Below, piece by piece: positions 1 to 13,656 of a DNA stretch of 64,000 nucleotides. The notes below the pieces were generated by a model. The model did not search any database and was not told the DNA's origin. It was given only the letters and a program-made list of their open reading frames with translations. Position numbers and translations under genes: made by a program. The stretch spans positions 83,886,001 to 83,950,000 of the forward strand of contig OX597818.1 in assembly GCA_951406725.2 (NCBI GenBank), in the 5' to 3' direction. This DNA is from Octopus vulgaris (Eukaryota). The number at the start of each line of letters is the position of its first letter. Positions within the stretch are counted from its first letter, which is position 1.

Positions 1-332
1 AGAATAATTACATTGTAAATTCTACACCGCTGAAAACATATTAAGACGCTTAATGGGAAAATTAATTTGAAAATTAAAGGTGTCTCTTTACCTCCTGCAT
101 ATCTATGTATATATATATTCGCCCAAATCATTTGCCATGCTGAGCCGCTGAAATCTACAAGTTTTTTTCATTCTCTGTCTGTTAATTTTCTCTTATTCCT
201 TTCTAATGAAGAGCGTAGGCACGGAACATAAAATATTTTTTCATTCTCCCGAGCGTCAAACTAATACATTTGCTTGTTGCTCATACACCTCTCTTCATCT
301 TTTGTTTTGCTATAAACTTCAACTATGTATAT

Positions 333-452
333 TCTTTTACTTGTTTCAGTCATTTGACTGTGGTCATGCTGGGGTACCACCTTTAGTCGAAAAAAATCGA
401 CCTTAGGACTTCTTCTTTGTAAGCCTAGTACTTATTTTATCGATTACGGAGA
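333..452 (-). mobile_element. 3' tail fragment of tRNA/CORE-type SINE (family A)
   Basis: tcttttacttgtttcagtcatttgactgtggtcatgctgg...gtaagcctagtacttatt matches the tail of the full copy at 44281-44695. Confidence 0.8.
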
Positions 453-465
453 CGTAAGCACATGC

Positions 466-521
<56 letters not shown>

Positions 522-904
522 GTATATATATATATGTATGTATGTATGTATGTATATATGTATATATATATATTAGATTTTAATAGGGTATAAATTTTGA
601 GTATTTCCAGAGAAGCACTGAATCCGAATTCCGGGCTATCAACACCGAATGCCAAAATTCTTTAAGTGTAGGAAATCCTAGTTTCACGATCGTAACAGTG
701 TTGTGTGGGTTTAGCAAAGACTAAATTATAAAGCAAATGATAACAAAACAGAAAAATTCTTTAATACATCATTAATTGTTTCTGCACCAACCCTATTTGG
801 AACGACAGATTTGGGATTACACACACACAAACACACAAATACATATTCATACATGTGTGTATGTATATATACATAGATACATATGTGTGTGTGTGTGTGT
901 TTTT

Positions 905-943
<39 letters not shown>

Positions 944-950
944 ATGTGTG

Positions 951-1070
951 GAAGCTCAGTGTCATATGATAGAATGTTGCACTCTCGATCTTAAGATTGT
1001 AGTCTTGACTGCTGAACCTCAGCAATGCCTCTGGCTCCTCAGCAAAACACTTCACGTTGCTCCGGACCAC
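951..1070 (+). mobile_element. degenerate tRNA-head/CORE SINE 5' fragment
   Basis: decayed A/B-box region followed by cctcagcaaaacacttcacgttgctcc, similar to the CORE-like part of 56880-57200. Confidence 0.4.
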
Positions 1071-1074
1071 AGAG

Positions 1075-1139
<65 letters not shown>

Positions 1140-1188
1140 ACACACACACATACACACACACACACATGCACACGCACACATATATACG

Positions 1189-1520
1189 GCAATAAGAATA
1201 TTGAGGGGATCAAGAGATGGTATTCGTCAAAGTTTAGACTTTATATTATGTTTATTTATTTAAAAATAAAAACAATTATAACAATATACATACATGTATA
1301 ACATTATTCTTTACATATATAAAAATATCAGTAATTATTTAAATATATAATGTAGAACATAGAAAGTAGAATAGTTTCTTACAGCTGTTTCAGCCAAGAG
1401 GTCATAGTACCCCACTTTACTTCCATTCCTTCAGTGAACTGAAGTATTTGGTAGGTAAAATTAAGGTACTTGTGTGTGTCTCTGGGCTTCGTCAGAGAGT
1501 TTAGAAAGTTCATAAGGTTA
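1189..1520 (-). mobile_element. non-coding Penelope-like terminal repeat (pLTR)/retrozyme-like element carrying a hammerhead motif
   Basis: unique-sequence block between microsatellites containing the hammerhead motif at 1374-1503; PLE assignment is inferred from the known PLE-hammerhead association. Confidence 0.45.
1374..1503 (-). ncRNA. type I hammerhead ribozyme motif with long stem II
   Basis: minus strand: ucu-CUGACGA-agcccagag...(agtacc/ggtact)...cucuuggcu-GAAAC-AGCU-GUA-aga; stem II 8/9 pairs, palindromic stem III, short stem I. Confidence 0.65.
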
Positions 1521-1587
1521 AGTTATAAATATAAATACACACATATATACACATATATACACACTATGCATATGTATACAACGGAAT

Positions 1588-1629
<42 letters not shown>

Positions 1630-2488
1630 AAGAGAGAGAGATGCATGCATACACATATACATACATACATACATACATACAGTGATTTGTATACATACAC
1701 TCGCAGGCGGACACATACACACACATATGTATAGAACATTCTAGGTGTGCGAATTTGTTTCTACAAATACCAGTAAAATACTGAGGGTGGACCTTCTTCG
1801 ATTTATACCCTAACAACTAAGCTTGAGGCTTTTTAACTACGTATCGTATAAGAATTTCTATGACACTATAACTTCATTCACTGCAACCAGGTGGCGGTTT
1901 TCATCTTAAAACTTTAGAAGTATTTCCTCTCTTCACAATGAAGCTTCACCTGTCTATAGAAATGGAGTTCCATTACTTTGTATGTGTATGCGCGCATGTG
2001 TTTGTGCGAGTGTGTTTGTGAGCGTACGTATGCGTATATACACGCGTGTGTGTATGCGTGTGTATTTAAAATAAGCTTAACGCTTCAACGACTTGGTTAT
2101 TTCTCAACATTGAATTTTAGTTTTTCCGTTTCCTGTTTGAACCAATCTATTTTTCGAAGTTTAACCTTCAGTGACTTCCAGTCAGCTTTGAAAAGATCAG
2201 ATTCCGAGAGCGGAAATTTGTATGTTTTATGGGGTTATGGATTTCAATTGTAGAATTATAGAACGTTTCTCTAATTTATATATTAAGAACTCAATTATTC
2301 TATGGCCTGAAATTACGAGGCTAGGAAATTAACGAACGGAGAATATGACATCAAAGAAAAGGCTAGAAGATAAGCAAGAACTTGGAACGAAATATGGAAA
2401 AATGTTCAACAGAATTTAAATCTGATAATCGTGCGTGTGTTTGTGTATGTGTGTGCGTGATGTGGTTGATCATATATATATATATATA

Positions 2489-2869
2489 GGCATATGCGTG
2501 GCAGTTTGGTAAGAAGCGGGGTTCCCAACCACATAGTTCCGAGTTCACTCCACTGTCCATGGCGTCGCATCTTAGGCATTTGTCTTCTACTACAGCTGCG
2601 GGTCGACCAAAGCCTTGTGAGTAGATTTAATAGACAGAAACTAAAAGGAGCTTGTTAGGTATATATATTTATATGTGTGAGTGTGTGTGTATCTGTCTTT
2701 GTGTCTGTGTTCTCTTCTCCCTCCACCCACCCCCAGGTTGACAACAAGAGATTGATAGAATGAGTAGCATCCTCAAGAAAATTTACGGCAGACGACGCAT
2801 TCGACAAAAATTCTTCAAGTCGGTGCCTCAGCGTGGCCCCAGGTCTAATAACTGATACAAGTAAGAGAT

Positions 2870-2871
<2 letters not shown>
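2489..2871 (+). mobile_element. tRNA/CORE-type SINE (family A), full length, diverged
   Basis: head tggcagtttggtaag...gagttcactcc, CORE-like cttaggcatttgtcttctact, internal (TG)n, tail caagtaagagata. Confidence 0.85.
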
Positions 2872-2909
<38 letters not shown>

Positions 2910-4107
2910 CACATGTATGTACTTGTGTATGTGTGTACGTATATAATTATGTTTGTGATAAAACAGAGAGAAAGAGATGTACGGACGTGAATATAGAAAC
3001 ATGGACCAACCGAGAGACAAATAGACGGACAGCCAGATAGACAGGTTTACAGACTGATAGATAAATAAAAGGGTAGATAGTATGACATTATGTTGCATCT
3101 ATAAACGTAACGGAATAAAAATTCTACCTCCGTGTTTTTAATTCTACGCTTATTCTTCAATTGTATTTTAGTAAGGCTGTAATTGTGTCTATTGTTGCTT
3201 ATCAAACGTTAGAACGTTTAATAAGTATGTGGATTTCAGTATTCTGCATATGGATGGTTTGGTTAGACTAATGTTATTGCTAACTGAGATATTTCGCCTT
3301 GCAAATCGAGACGACGGCATCAGCGCTGTATCAAGCCCATAGAGCAGGATGAGGCAAGAAGGACATATGTCTCAATTGCCATTCCCCATCGACTTGGCTT
3401 TGCTACTGGCTTGAAGACGGTGATGGACGAGAGAGGAAGGTGCAAGTCATCTGTCATCCGCAATGAAGGCAGATATATATGTTTATACTTATAAACAAAC
3501 ACACACACACATACACACACATATTTATGTATACACATATATAGTTCACGTATGAGAACCAGATATTCTCCATATAGAAGACTTTTAGTAATGCTCAAAA
3601 GATTCAAACTTAGATTCCGGTAAAGAAAGGCTATAAGAGGGAACAGGTTGAGTGGGTACAGATAATGAAATTAGTCACATCAAATATATCAAGTAATCAA
3701 ATAAAAAATATATATAAGTATAGTTGCAAAACAAGAGAAAGTAAAACGTGGAAAATTTCTGTTGATGAATTTTCATATATAAATATATAGATAGGGTACG
3801 AATAACAGAAAATTGAAGGGGTAGAAGAAAGGTGTTATTAGTTTAACAGCTATGCTTGAGGACTCGGCGATCCATAAGAATGTTGGTAGATTTAGTTCAT
3901 CAAAAAATGCGGCCGTATGGATGCAGTTAACAGAGGATGAGGCGAGCATCCGTCGACAGGATAGAGAAGATCTTACATTTCAGAACTTAATGCAGAGAAG
4001 TTCAAAGAGGGAACTTCAAACATGGAAATAAGTACTGAAATCGATACATTCGACTCAAAATTCGTCATGGTGGTGGTCCATCATGGCCGCGCTCAGATGA
4101 CTGATGT

Positions 4108-4307
<200 letters not shown>

Positions 4308-4469
4308 CTTTTCCCGCTGGATTGCGTATTCGTTCCTCTTTTTGCCATCTTTGATTTTACTTTTGACTTTCTATACAAATAAAGATATTTCCTCCGTCTG
4401 GCTGCTTTTCTTTCTCTAAAAAGAGAAGTTATATTGCGGAACTGCTATTTTAACGAGTTGCATGTAGTT

Positions 4470-4576
4470 GTCGCCCGACGAGATATATTCTGCAGCGCTG
4501 GATGTTCTTGAACCAGCTCTTGAGTAACCCATTCATAAGGAATCGATGGTAGATGTGTCGAAACAATTGTCGTGAT
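4470..4576 (+). ncRNA. type I hammerhead ribozyme motif, CCGACGA core variant
   Basis: gucgc-CCGACGA-gauauauucu...agauguguc-GAAAC-AAUU-GUC-gugau; stems I, II and palindromic III can all be paired; homologous copy at 55760-55864. Confidence 0.65.
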
Positions 4577-4624
4577 TAACAATAATTTCTTGTGTATTTC
4601 ATATCGTCCACCTTTCATTTGCCT

Positions 4625-4665
<41 letters not shown>

Positions 4666-5022
4666 AGAGAGAGTGAGATAGATAGATAGATTGATAGATA
4701 AATAGATAGATAGATATAAGTATGTATCTATGCATACACACACACACACACACACACGCATATTTGTGTGTGTGTGTGTACGTGACTATGCCTGAGTATT
4801 AAGTGAGAGTTTATATTGCTGTTTATCCATACAAGCTTATATATCTTTATATTTCTTAATGTATGTATAAGCGTATGATAACAGAAACATGAACACACAT
4901 ATATATATAGGTACGTGTAAAAGGTATGAATCTACGCACACGCAAAATTAAAATAAACATACGCAAACAAACACACGTACGCACAAATATATATACATAC
5001 ATATACATATATGCATATATAA

Positions 5023-5061
<39 letters not shown>

Positions 5062-5157
5062 CACACATACATACACATACATAAATACACATACATATAT
5101 ACGAATAAATTTATGAATATATGTATATATATATATATATGTATGAGTTCATCGTGC

Positions 5158-5235
<78 letters not shown>

Positions 5236-5519
5236 ATATTTCTGCTGCTATATTTCGGAAGTCTGCCCAACAACCAAGTGTGTGTTTTTCCTATTGTTAG
5301 TTTGACTTTCAATGCAAACTAACACCGTGTTGTATTCTTTAGTTGCGAAGAACTATAGAAAAAGATGAATATAAATAAAAAATTACAAGCAAGGAAACTA
5401 TAGAAAAATGTAAACAAAAATCAGCGCCATACACATAGCGTTATGAAAAAAATCCCAGTCAAGCGAAACGGCCATTCTTTCTCGCTTTATTATTAATATT
5501 GATTTTGGTGTAGATACAA

Positions 5520-5533
5520 TAACTATTATTCTG

Positions 5534-5577
<44 letters not shown>

Positions 5578-5744
5578 CATCATCATCATCATCAGTAGTA
5601 GTTGTAGTGGTATAGTTATTTTTAATATTGTTATTATTATCACTATTCCTGACAACATCATCATCATCGTCATCATCGTTGTCGTCGTCATTATCATCAT
5701 AACCATCACTGTCGTCTTCATCATCATCACCATCATCATCGTTG

Positions 5745-5797
<53 letters not shown>

Positions 5798-5991
5798 TCA
5801 CTTTCATCATCGTCGTCATCCTTGCCATCATCATCATCATCATCGTCGTCGTCGTCATCATCACCACCATTATTATTATGTTTTTGTAGCATTTGTTGTA
5901 TTAGTAGTAATAGTAGTAGTAGTTGTTGTAGTAGTAGTAGTAGTAGCAGCTGCAGCAGCAGCAGCAGCAGTAGTAGTAGTTGTAGTAGTAT

Positions 5992-6031
<40 letters not shown>

Positions 6032-6088
6032 TGTTGTTGTTGTAGCAGCAGCAGTAGTTATAGATGCAACAGTCGCAGCAGCAGCAGC

Positions 6089-6119
<31 letters not shown>

Positions 6120-6120
6120 A
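5520..6120. repeat. compound trinucleotide microsatellite (ATT/CAT/CGT/TAG/CAG)n
   Basis: direct inspection. Confidence 0.95.
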
Positions 6121-6721
6121 TATTGCAAACTTTATGATTAATACTATTTATTTATTGTTATTATAACTTTTATTTATTTAATTTCATTCTAATTCTTTTG
6201 GTTCATGTTGTCTTTCCTTTCTTAAACTTTTACATTTATTATCATCATCATCATCATCATTATTATTATTATTGTTGCCGTTGTTTTTGTTGTTATCATT
6301 ATTATTATTTTATTAATATTTGCTTTCTGTAAAAATATTCGGTTGAAAAGAAGGAATAAAAATTGAAAATAAAAAGCAAGACATCGCGATATATTAGTTT
6401 TTTTCTATTTCGTTTCGTTTCGGAAGCCTCCATTCCCTCACACCACCCCAATCCCTCTACCACAACAGAGTTACCATTCAAGCTTTCTGACGTTTCTCTC
6501 TTATATGTCTTACTTAACACTTGTTGCTATCCATTGGAAGTAATGGTGGTGTCCATGCCAGTGCATTGGATGGTGTGAAGGTGTGTTCGAGTTGGGGTGG
6601 TGAGGATTGAAGCGGTTTTTTTGTGTCATGTTGATAATGTGGATGATGATGATGGTGATGATTGGTGATGATGGAGATAATGATGATGATGGTTGCAAGG
6701 ATGATTATGATGATGATGATG

Positions 6722-7022
6722 GTGATGATTATGGCGGTGGTGGTGGTGATCAGGAGGAGGAGAACGATGTTGTTCATTATCAAGATGATGATGATGATGA
6801 AGAATAGTAGGAAGAGGATGATGATGATGATTATGGCGGTGGTGGTGATGATCAGGAGGAGGAGAACGATGTTGTTCATTATCAAGATGATGATGATGAT
6901 GAAGAATAGTAGGAAGAGGAGGATGATAATGATTATGGCGGTGGTGGTGATGATCAGGAGGAGGAGAACGATGTTGTTCATCATCAAGATGATAATGATG
7001 ATGAAGAATAGTAGGAAGAGGA
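6722..7022. repeat. 102-bp minisatellite, 3 copies, inside a (GAT)n-rich tract
   Basis: attatggcggtggtgg recurs at 6728, 6830 and 6932, each followed by caggaggaggagaacgatgttgttcat...gaagaatagtaggaagagg. Confidence 0.9.
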
Positions 7023-7824
7023 TGGTGTGGAGTGGGGGGGCGGGGTAAAGAGGGAGAAAGTGAATGACGATGTTGAAGACGAGGATGACGTATATGCTGA
7101 TCGATGATGGTGATGATGGAAATGATGATGACGATAATGATGCTGCTGCTGATGATGATGATGATGACGACGATGATGATAATGATGATAATAATGATGA
7201 TGATGACGATGAAGATGATGACGACGACGACGATGAGTAGGAGGAGGAAGAGCAGGAGGGGATGGTGCTATTGTTATTTTCTTTTGTTGTATTGTTATCA
7301 TTGTTTATGGAGAGATTATTGCGTTTATTCATTTTTTTCTGTTTATTTATTTATTTTCTTGTGGCGTCTGTGCATTTATTTCATTTCGGTGGTGGTTTCC
7401 ATATTTTATTTTTTGATGAGGGTCCCGATTACATTTTTTTATACTATTTTACATATTGTAGAATATTTATACGTTGTTTCTCTTTTTTTTTTTGCCCTTC
7501 CTATTCAAATATTTGTGTGAAGAAGTATAACTATGTGTGAATGCACACTCACACACAAACACATATGCAACACATACATACGCACAAACAAACAAACAAA
7601 TATGCAAGCACACTGACGCACACTAACAGACACATATACATTGATGTACTCAAAAACCCACGCTTTCCTTCATAAAAAAACTAACAAATACATATAAACC
7701 AGGAAAACATATAGACACATACACACAATGCTAAGGAATTAAATTACCAAACAAATGAATAGAAATACATACACATAAAAACACACAAGCAGAGAGAAAT
7801 ACACACGTGTACATAGACATAAGT

Positions 7825-8128
7825 GGAGGCACATGGCCTAATGATTAGAGCAGTGGACTCGCGGTCGAAGGATCGCCGGTTCGAATTTCATACCGGGCGA
7901 TGTGTGTGTTTATGAGCGAAACACCTAAGCTCCACGCGACACCGACAGGAGGTAATGGCGAGCTTCTGCTGACTCTTTCGCTACAACTTTCTCTCACTCT
8001 TTCCTCCTGCATCTTGCAGCTCACCTGCGACGGACTGATGTTTCGTCCAGGTGGGGAACCTATACGCCAAAGAAACCGGGAAACCGGCCCTTATGAGCCA
8101 GGCGTGGCCCGAGAAGGAACAAACAAAC
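7825..8128 (+). mobile_element. tRNA-derived SINE with V-domain-like core (family C)
   Basis: A box tggcctaatga, B box ggttcgaattt, cctgcgacggactgatgtttcgtccagg resembles the V-SINE central domain, tail gaaaccgggaaaccggcc, (AAAC)n end. Confidence 0.75.
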
Positions 8129-8170
8129 ATAGACATAAACATATAAATATGCGTAGAGATATATGCTTGT

Positions 8171-8209
<39 letters not shown>

Positions 8210-9400
8210 AACAATCATAGATGTATATGTGTGTGTTGGTGCTTTGTGTGAGTGAACATATGCGTGGATGTGGTGTATGTGTGTCTGTAAATATGTACGT
8301 GTTTGTTTGTGCGCTCGTACGTAGGAAGCAAGGTTGCGACCCTCCCCCTGCCTTCTTTTCTCTTTATCTCTCAGCTGTGTTTGACGCCAAGAGTGTCAAT
8401 CTGCTCATGAAGAGACTTCATCTGCACCGGATGAGATGGGAAGCCCTTCAACTGTGCTCTTCTGGTCTACGGTATCCTGAAATATCACTTAAAATACTTC
8501 TCCAGATGGTACCATGAAGTTTGTTTTGGCCTAATCCAATAACAACCGAATAAATTATCGAAGTAATAATCTAAGATGAACACATCAGCTGATGCGCGTG
8601 CATATGTATAAAGTGTGAGAAATGCAGAAGAGAACCACTCGTAGCTCGTATACACACACACATATATTCATACGCGTTTCATACTATATTCTTGACGCAA
8701 GGAAGTTTGCCTATGTGGTTAATGTATAACATGTGTTGAGGGTGTTTGTCACCTTTTACGATATTTTGTGATAATATCGTATCTAATCATTCTTAATACG
8801 TTCAATCAGTTTCGAACGTTAAGATTTGGTCGCTGTTACTTTTCCTATCGGAGCGTATCTCTTTCTTTGTAATGATGTGTATTCATCACAGATGTGATTC
8901 ACCGTGCAATGCGATTTCGCACATGACATCGTTGTGTTTCGTTGTTATTGTGACTGTCAAAGAAATCCCACCTGACCGATGAACCAAACAAGAGAACGAG
9001 CTCTTATTGATTAGGGATTGGGAAAAATAGTATTAGCTGATACTTGTTGATGTCGGTTAAACAGATAACAATTGATAGAAGGTACGCAAGCAATAATCTA
9101 TCTACACAAAGTAATAAATCTATTTATTCTCAAAAGGTTCTGCTCGATTCGAACGTGAATACATTACCATTGAGGTTTTTATCATCGAAGTACCTCTTCC
9201 CTTTTCAATGATTTGCGTTCATAACACACGCGATACTCCTCCGGTATAAAGGAATTTTGAGACATCACAAAGTCGCGATCTCACAAGAGCACGACCGCTT
9301 GTTTATAGAAAACAACAAACAAATTATTTTCTGATGCATGCCGGTGTCTGCCAAACAGATGAGAAAACATGGGGCACAAGAAGCACGCACAGAATAAAGT

Positions 9401-9597
9401 ATTCTTTTATTCTTTTACTTGTTTCAGTCTTTTGACTGCGGTCATGATCGAGCAACGCTTTGAAGGCTTTCAGTCGAACAAAACGACCCTAGGGCTAATT
9501 TATAAGCCTAGCACTTATTCTATAGGTCAATTTTGTCGAACACTTAAGATATAGGGATGTAAGCACATCGACACCGGCTGTCAATGGTGATAGGGGA

Positions 9598-9654
<57 letters not shown>

Positions 9655-9788
9655 CGACTGGTTTCTTACAGTATCCGTCAGCCAAATCCACTGAAAGGGT
9701 TCTGGTCGGCCCGAGGCTGTTCAGGGTGCCACGCAGGGGAACTAAACCCGGAACTACCGTGGCTCCGAAGCAACCTACTTACCACACA
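9401..9788 (-). mobile_element. SINE family A, diverged
   Basis: colinear with 44281-44695, including tail, internal microsatellite and head. Confidence 0.85.
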
Positions 9789-9909
9789 TTCTGGAGGATC
9801 CGAACGGGAAAATAAGATCAATATTGCTTTTCGTCATCGGAGAAACCTTTTTTCGCGATACCTACCAGATTTATTTCTCTCTCTCTTTGTTGGGACTGAT
9901 GATATTTGA

Positions 9910-10060
9910 GAACAGGCAATGCCACAAATATGTGAGACAAGTTATAGCTGATTAAACCGATTAAATTCTAGACTGGTACTTTCCTGGGAAGGAAAAATTA
10001 GAACGCGTTGATACCTAACCAAATAGCCGTAGCTAAATGTCTACGATTCTAACGTTTCGA
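9910..10060 (-). mobile_element. very degenerate SINE family B copy
   Basis: caggcaatgccacaaat tail-like segment, ctggtact, gattctaacg head remnant. Confidence 0.35.
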
Positions 10061-10387
10061 TTCTTTTCTCTAGTGTCATGTTCAAGAGATTATTTAAGAT
10101 CATTTATCTGAATAATGTCTGCTGCTACTGTGTAGTCAAACAATATTAGTTTCTTACATTGAAACAAGGTCAATGCCTGACTGGTTGGAGAGAAGGAGCT
10201 GTAATGTGATTGATGGATAATTAATGAGTTTGAGCTTATCGTACCTTGATGTCGTTGAATATATTTCTTCTTGTTGTTGTTATATCGTCACACCTGAACA
10301 GATTTCTGATATAGGACTCTTAATAATGGTGACCACATCTAAATCAAAACACCTGAGATTACAGTCTCGGCACATTCACCAGCGCCG

Positions 10388-10433
10388 GCATCATCATCAC
10401 CACCACCACCGCCGCCGCCACCACCACCACTAC

Positions 10434-10504
<71 letters not shown>

Positions 10505-10835
10505 CTATCGTCATTATCATCATCACCATCATCATTTTCACCATCGTCATAAATCATTATCATCATAATCACCCTCGTCAGCACCATCAACATCATCGTT
10601 GTCATCATCATTGTCGTCGTCGTTGTCGTCGACGTCATCATCATGATCATCACTACATCACCATCATCATCACTACATCATCATCATCATCATCAACCAT
10701 CAGCAGTAACATCATAAGCACCTCTATTATAATCATCATCAACACCATCATCATCATCATTAACATCACCAGTACCACCACCAGCTACGCTACCATCATT
10801 ATCGTCGTCGTCGTCGTCGTTATTAATGCTATTAT
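10388..10835. repeat. (CAT)n/(CAC)n/(CGT)n compound microsatellite
   Basis: direct inspection. Confidence 0.95.
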
Positions 10836-11079
10836 TATTAGAGTAATGGGTTACAGAATTGTTACACGGTTGATGTTTTGCCACTGATGAGGTTTTTTTT
10901 TGTTTTCTTTTCTTTTCATATTTAGTTACGTTTCTTAATGTTTTGAATTCAAATTTCAGAGAGGTCAGCTTCGTCATTCAATCTTTCGGGGCCGAGTAAT
11001 TATTTGAGAACTATTCACATCATACTATTTAAATAGACCATAGACTTACCGCCAATATTATTACTGTTACTATGAGAAT

Positions 11080-11665
11080 CAATAACGCGTCGTACAAAAT
11101 GCTTAACCGCATTTTGTCTGTCTTTACGTTCTCAGTTCAAATTCCACCGACAGCGACTTTCATTTACATTCTTCCAGAGTCAGCACAATAAGTATCAGTT
11201 AAGCACAAGGATCGCTGCAATCGACTCGCCCAGGCCAAAAATTAGGACAATGATTATTATTATTATCATTGTTAAGGCTTCGAGCTGGCAGAAACGTTAG
11301 CACGCCGGGCGAAATGCTTAGCGGTATTTCGTTTCCGTTACGTTCTCGGTTCAAATTCCGCCGAGGTCGACTTTGCCTTTCATCCTTTCGGGGTCGATAA
11401 ATTAAGTACCAGTTACGCACTGGGGTCGATGTAATCGACTTAATACCTATGTCTGTCCATGTTTGTCCCCTCTGTGTTTAGCCCCTTGTGGGTAATAAAG
11501 AAATAGGTGTTTCACCCATCTGTACATTCTGAGTTCAAATTAAGCAGAGGTTGCCTTTTCCTTTCATCCTTTCGGGGTCGATGAAATAAGTTCCAGTTAC
11601 GCACTGGGGTTGATATAGTCGACTAGTCCCTCCCCTAAAATTTCAGGCTTTCTGTCTCCAGTAAA
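11080..11665 (+). mobile_element. cluster of three SINE family B units (degenerate copy; intact head+body+tail-A; headless body+tail-B)
   Basis: head gagctggcagaaacgttagcacgccgggcgaaatgc, B box gttcaaattcc, core gcctttcatcctttcggggtcgataaa, tail gccccttgtgggtaataaagaaata. Confidence 0.9.
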
Positions 11666-12025
11666 AATGTCGTTGGTTTTGTTGTTGTTATTTGACATTT
11701 GATAGATTTAGGCAAATTTATGCTAGACTTCTGTGTTGCTGAGATGTGTACAGCATTGTGTGTTCTTTTTTTGTTGGGAGAGTGCAAACTCTTCTCGGTA
11801 TTGTGTTGTATTAGTTTGTTTGATATACTCTTTGGATTGAATCTTGTTCTGTTATTTTTTATACTGTGTTGCGTTTGTAATGCGAATTATCTTCTATTGG
11901 GTATCCGACCTTTAGAGTACATGTTATGGGAGATGTTTATTTTATTGGATTATTTCTTGTATACTATGTACCGTTTGTTTTATAAATTGTTTTATTTGGG
12001 TTGTATTATTGAATTGATAGCGTCT

Positions 12026-12900
12026 TAGGTAGGATGTAGTCTGTTCGTAGCAGGGCTATTTTGGGGACAGTGTGTAAGGCTGAAGGTCCAGGTATAGTTC
12101 CTACGTTTTTGTTCATAAGTATTTTTTATCATACCCAGTGCTCCAATCATTACTGGTATTGTTTCCCCCTTAATGCTCCACATCTTGAATAATTCAATTT
12201 TGGGCAATACTTTGGTGATAAGAGACTGCAATGGCGATCAGTAAGTATGTTTTCTTTTTTTTTCTTCTTTCAATCATTGTTTATTATGTCTGGGTGATTA
12301 ACTTTGATTTCTTTGTCAGTTTGAACAGGCATGTCCCATTGATTGTGGCTGGGTCGTCATCTCGTATCTTGTTTGGCACGTCTTTATACCACTTGTTAAT
12401 TTTTATGTTGCAGTGTTGGCATATTGCCCAGTGGATATAAGTATTTACTCGGTCATATCTGTATATATATATTCAGATTTGGCAAAGATATAACAACCAG
12501 AGATGATGTGTTCAATTGTCTCATTGTACTGCTTGCACGTTCTTAATTCGAATTAGGGGTCTGTTTTCATTATTTTTCTTTAAAAAGTTTTGGTAGTCTT
12601 GTGCAGCGAGAATCAGTCCTTCCGTTTCTACTTTTAGTTCAGAGCTTTTGGGCCATTGTTGTCTTTTACTTAGGCTCACTTTTCTGTCAAGCCTTGCAGG
12701 GTTTTGACCATGGAGTGATTTATTCCCTTCATTTCTTCTTTAGTATGTTTTGTATTTCTGTTTTCATGTTGTTTTTCGCCTCTTTGATAATTTCTCCTGT
12801 GTTGTCATCAGAGATCGGTGTATCAATGTAGTTTGTATTTTGTATTGTGTTGCCTACTTGTGTATAGAGGAAAGCATTAAGTTTTTCTCGTGCAGTTTTA
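12026..12900 (-). pseudogene. R4/Dong-like non-LTR retrotransposon C-terminal remnant (CCHC knuckle + restriction-like endonuclease)
   Basis: minus-strand translation across frameshifts: TCKQYNETIEHIISGC...YRYDRV..YIHWAIC...QTDKEIKVNHPDI...KMWSIKGETIPVMIGALGMIK. Confidence 0.8.
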
Positions 12901-13379
12901 ATACATATAGAAATCGTTCACTACTTTTTGTTTCGTGGTACTTTTCTAGAAACGTGCATCACAACCATATTTGCCCTTGTATAAAGACAAACAGCGCTTG
13001 ACTTCATAAATGGAACCTAGTTGGATTTTTCTTCACGGCGAGTAACCCATCATGCGCTAAAGGTTTGCGAGTAAGGGTTATTTAAGTTCGATAAACGTAA
13101 CACCCTTTTTTCCAGGGGTGAAATATTCAAACCAAAGAATTCCTCTTAACACATGGCTACGATGCTTCTGAGCGAAATCAGACATGCACATATCGTTAGC
13201 CAGTAAGGGACATGCACAGATGATGAAGATCAAACAAACAACAAACAACTCTGTAATATTGAGCAGAATACTTGCTGTATTCTATCATTCACACCAAGAA
13301 AAAATTATATCCATGTTAACACACACAAGCATCTAAGAACAGAAGACGTGAGAGCCACTGCTTGTATTTCATCCGGATA

Positions 13380-13380
13380 T

Positions 13381-13450
<70 letters not shown>

Positions 13451-13475
13451 GATCATCATCATCATCATCATTATG

Positions 13476-13508
<33 letters not shown>

Positions 13509-13656
13509 GTCGTCGTCGTCGTCGTCGTCGTCGTTATCATCATCATCATCACCATCATTCTTATCACTACATCTATCATCATGTTCATAACTACGAACAC
13601 CACCACCACCATCATCAGTCATCATCAACATCATCATCATTATCAACATTATTATT
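13380..13656. repeat. (ATT)n/(CAT)n/(CGT)n microsatellite
   Basis: direct inspection. Confidence 0.95.

Noticed and set aside
3285-3905. Possible hammerhead remnants at ~3287-3327 and ~3850-3905 (minus)
   Set aside because: Core nucleotides are missing or mutated and the stems do not pair convincingly.
6722-7022. CRISPR-like regular repeat
   Set aside because: Whole units are repeated with no unique spacers; eukaryotic context and no cas genes.
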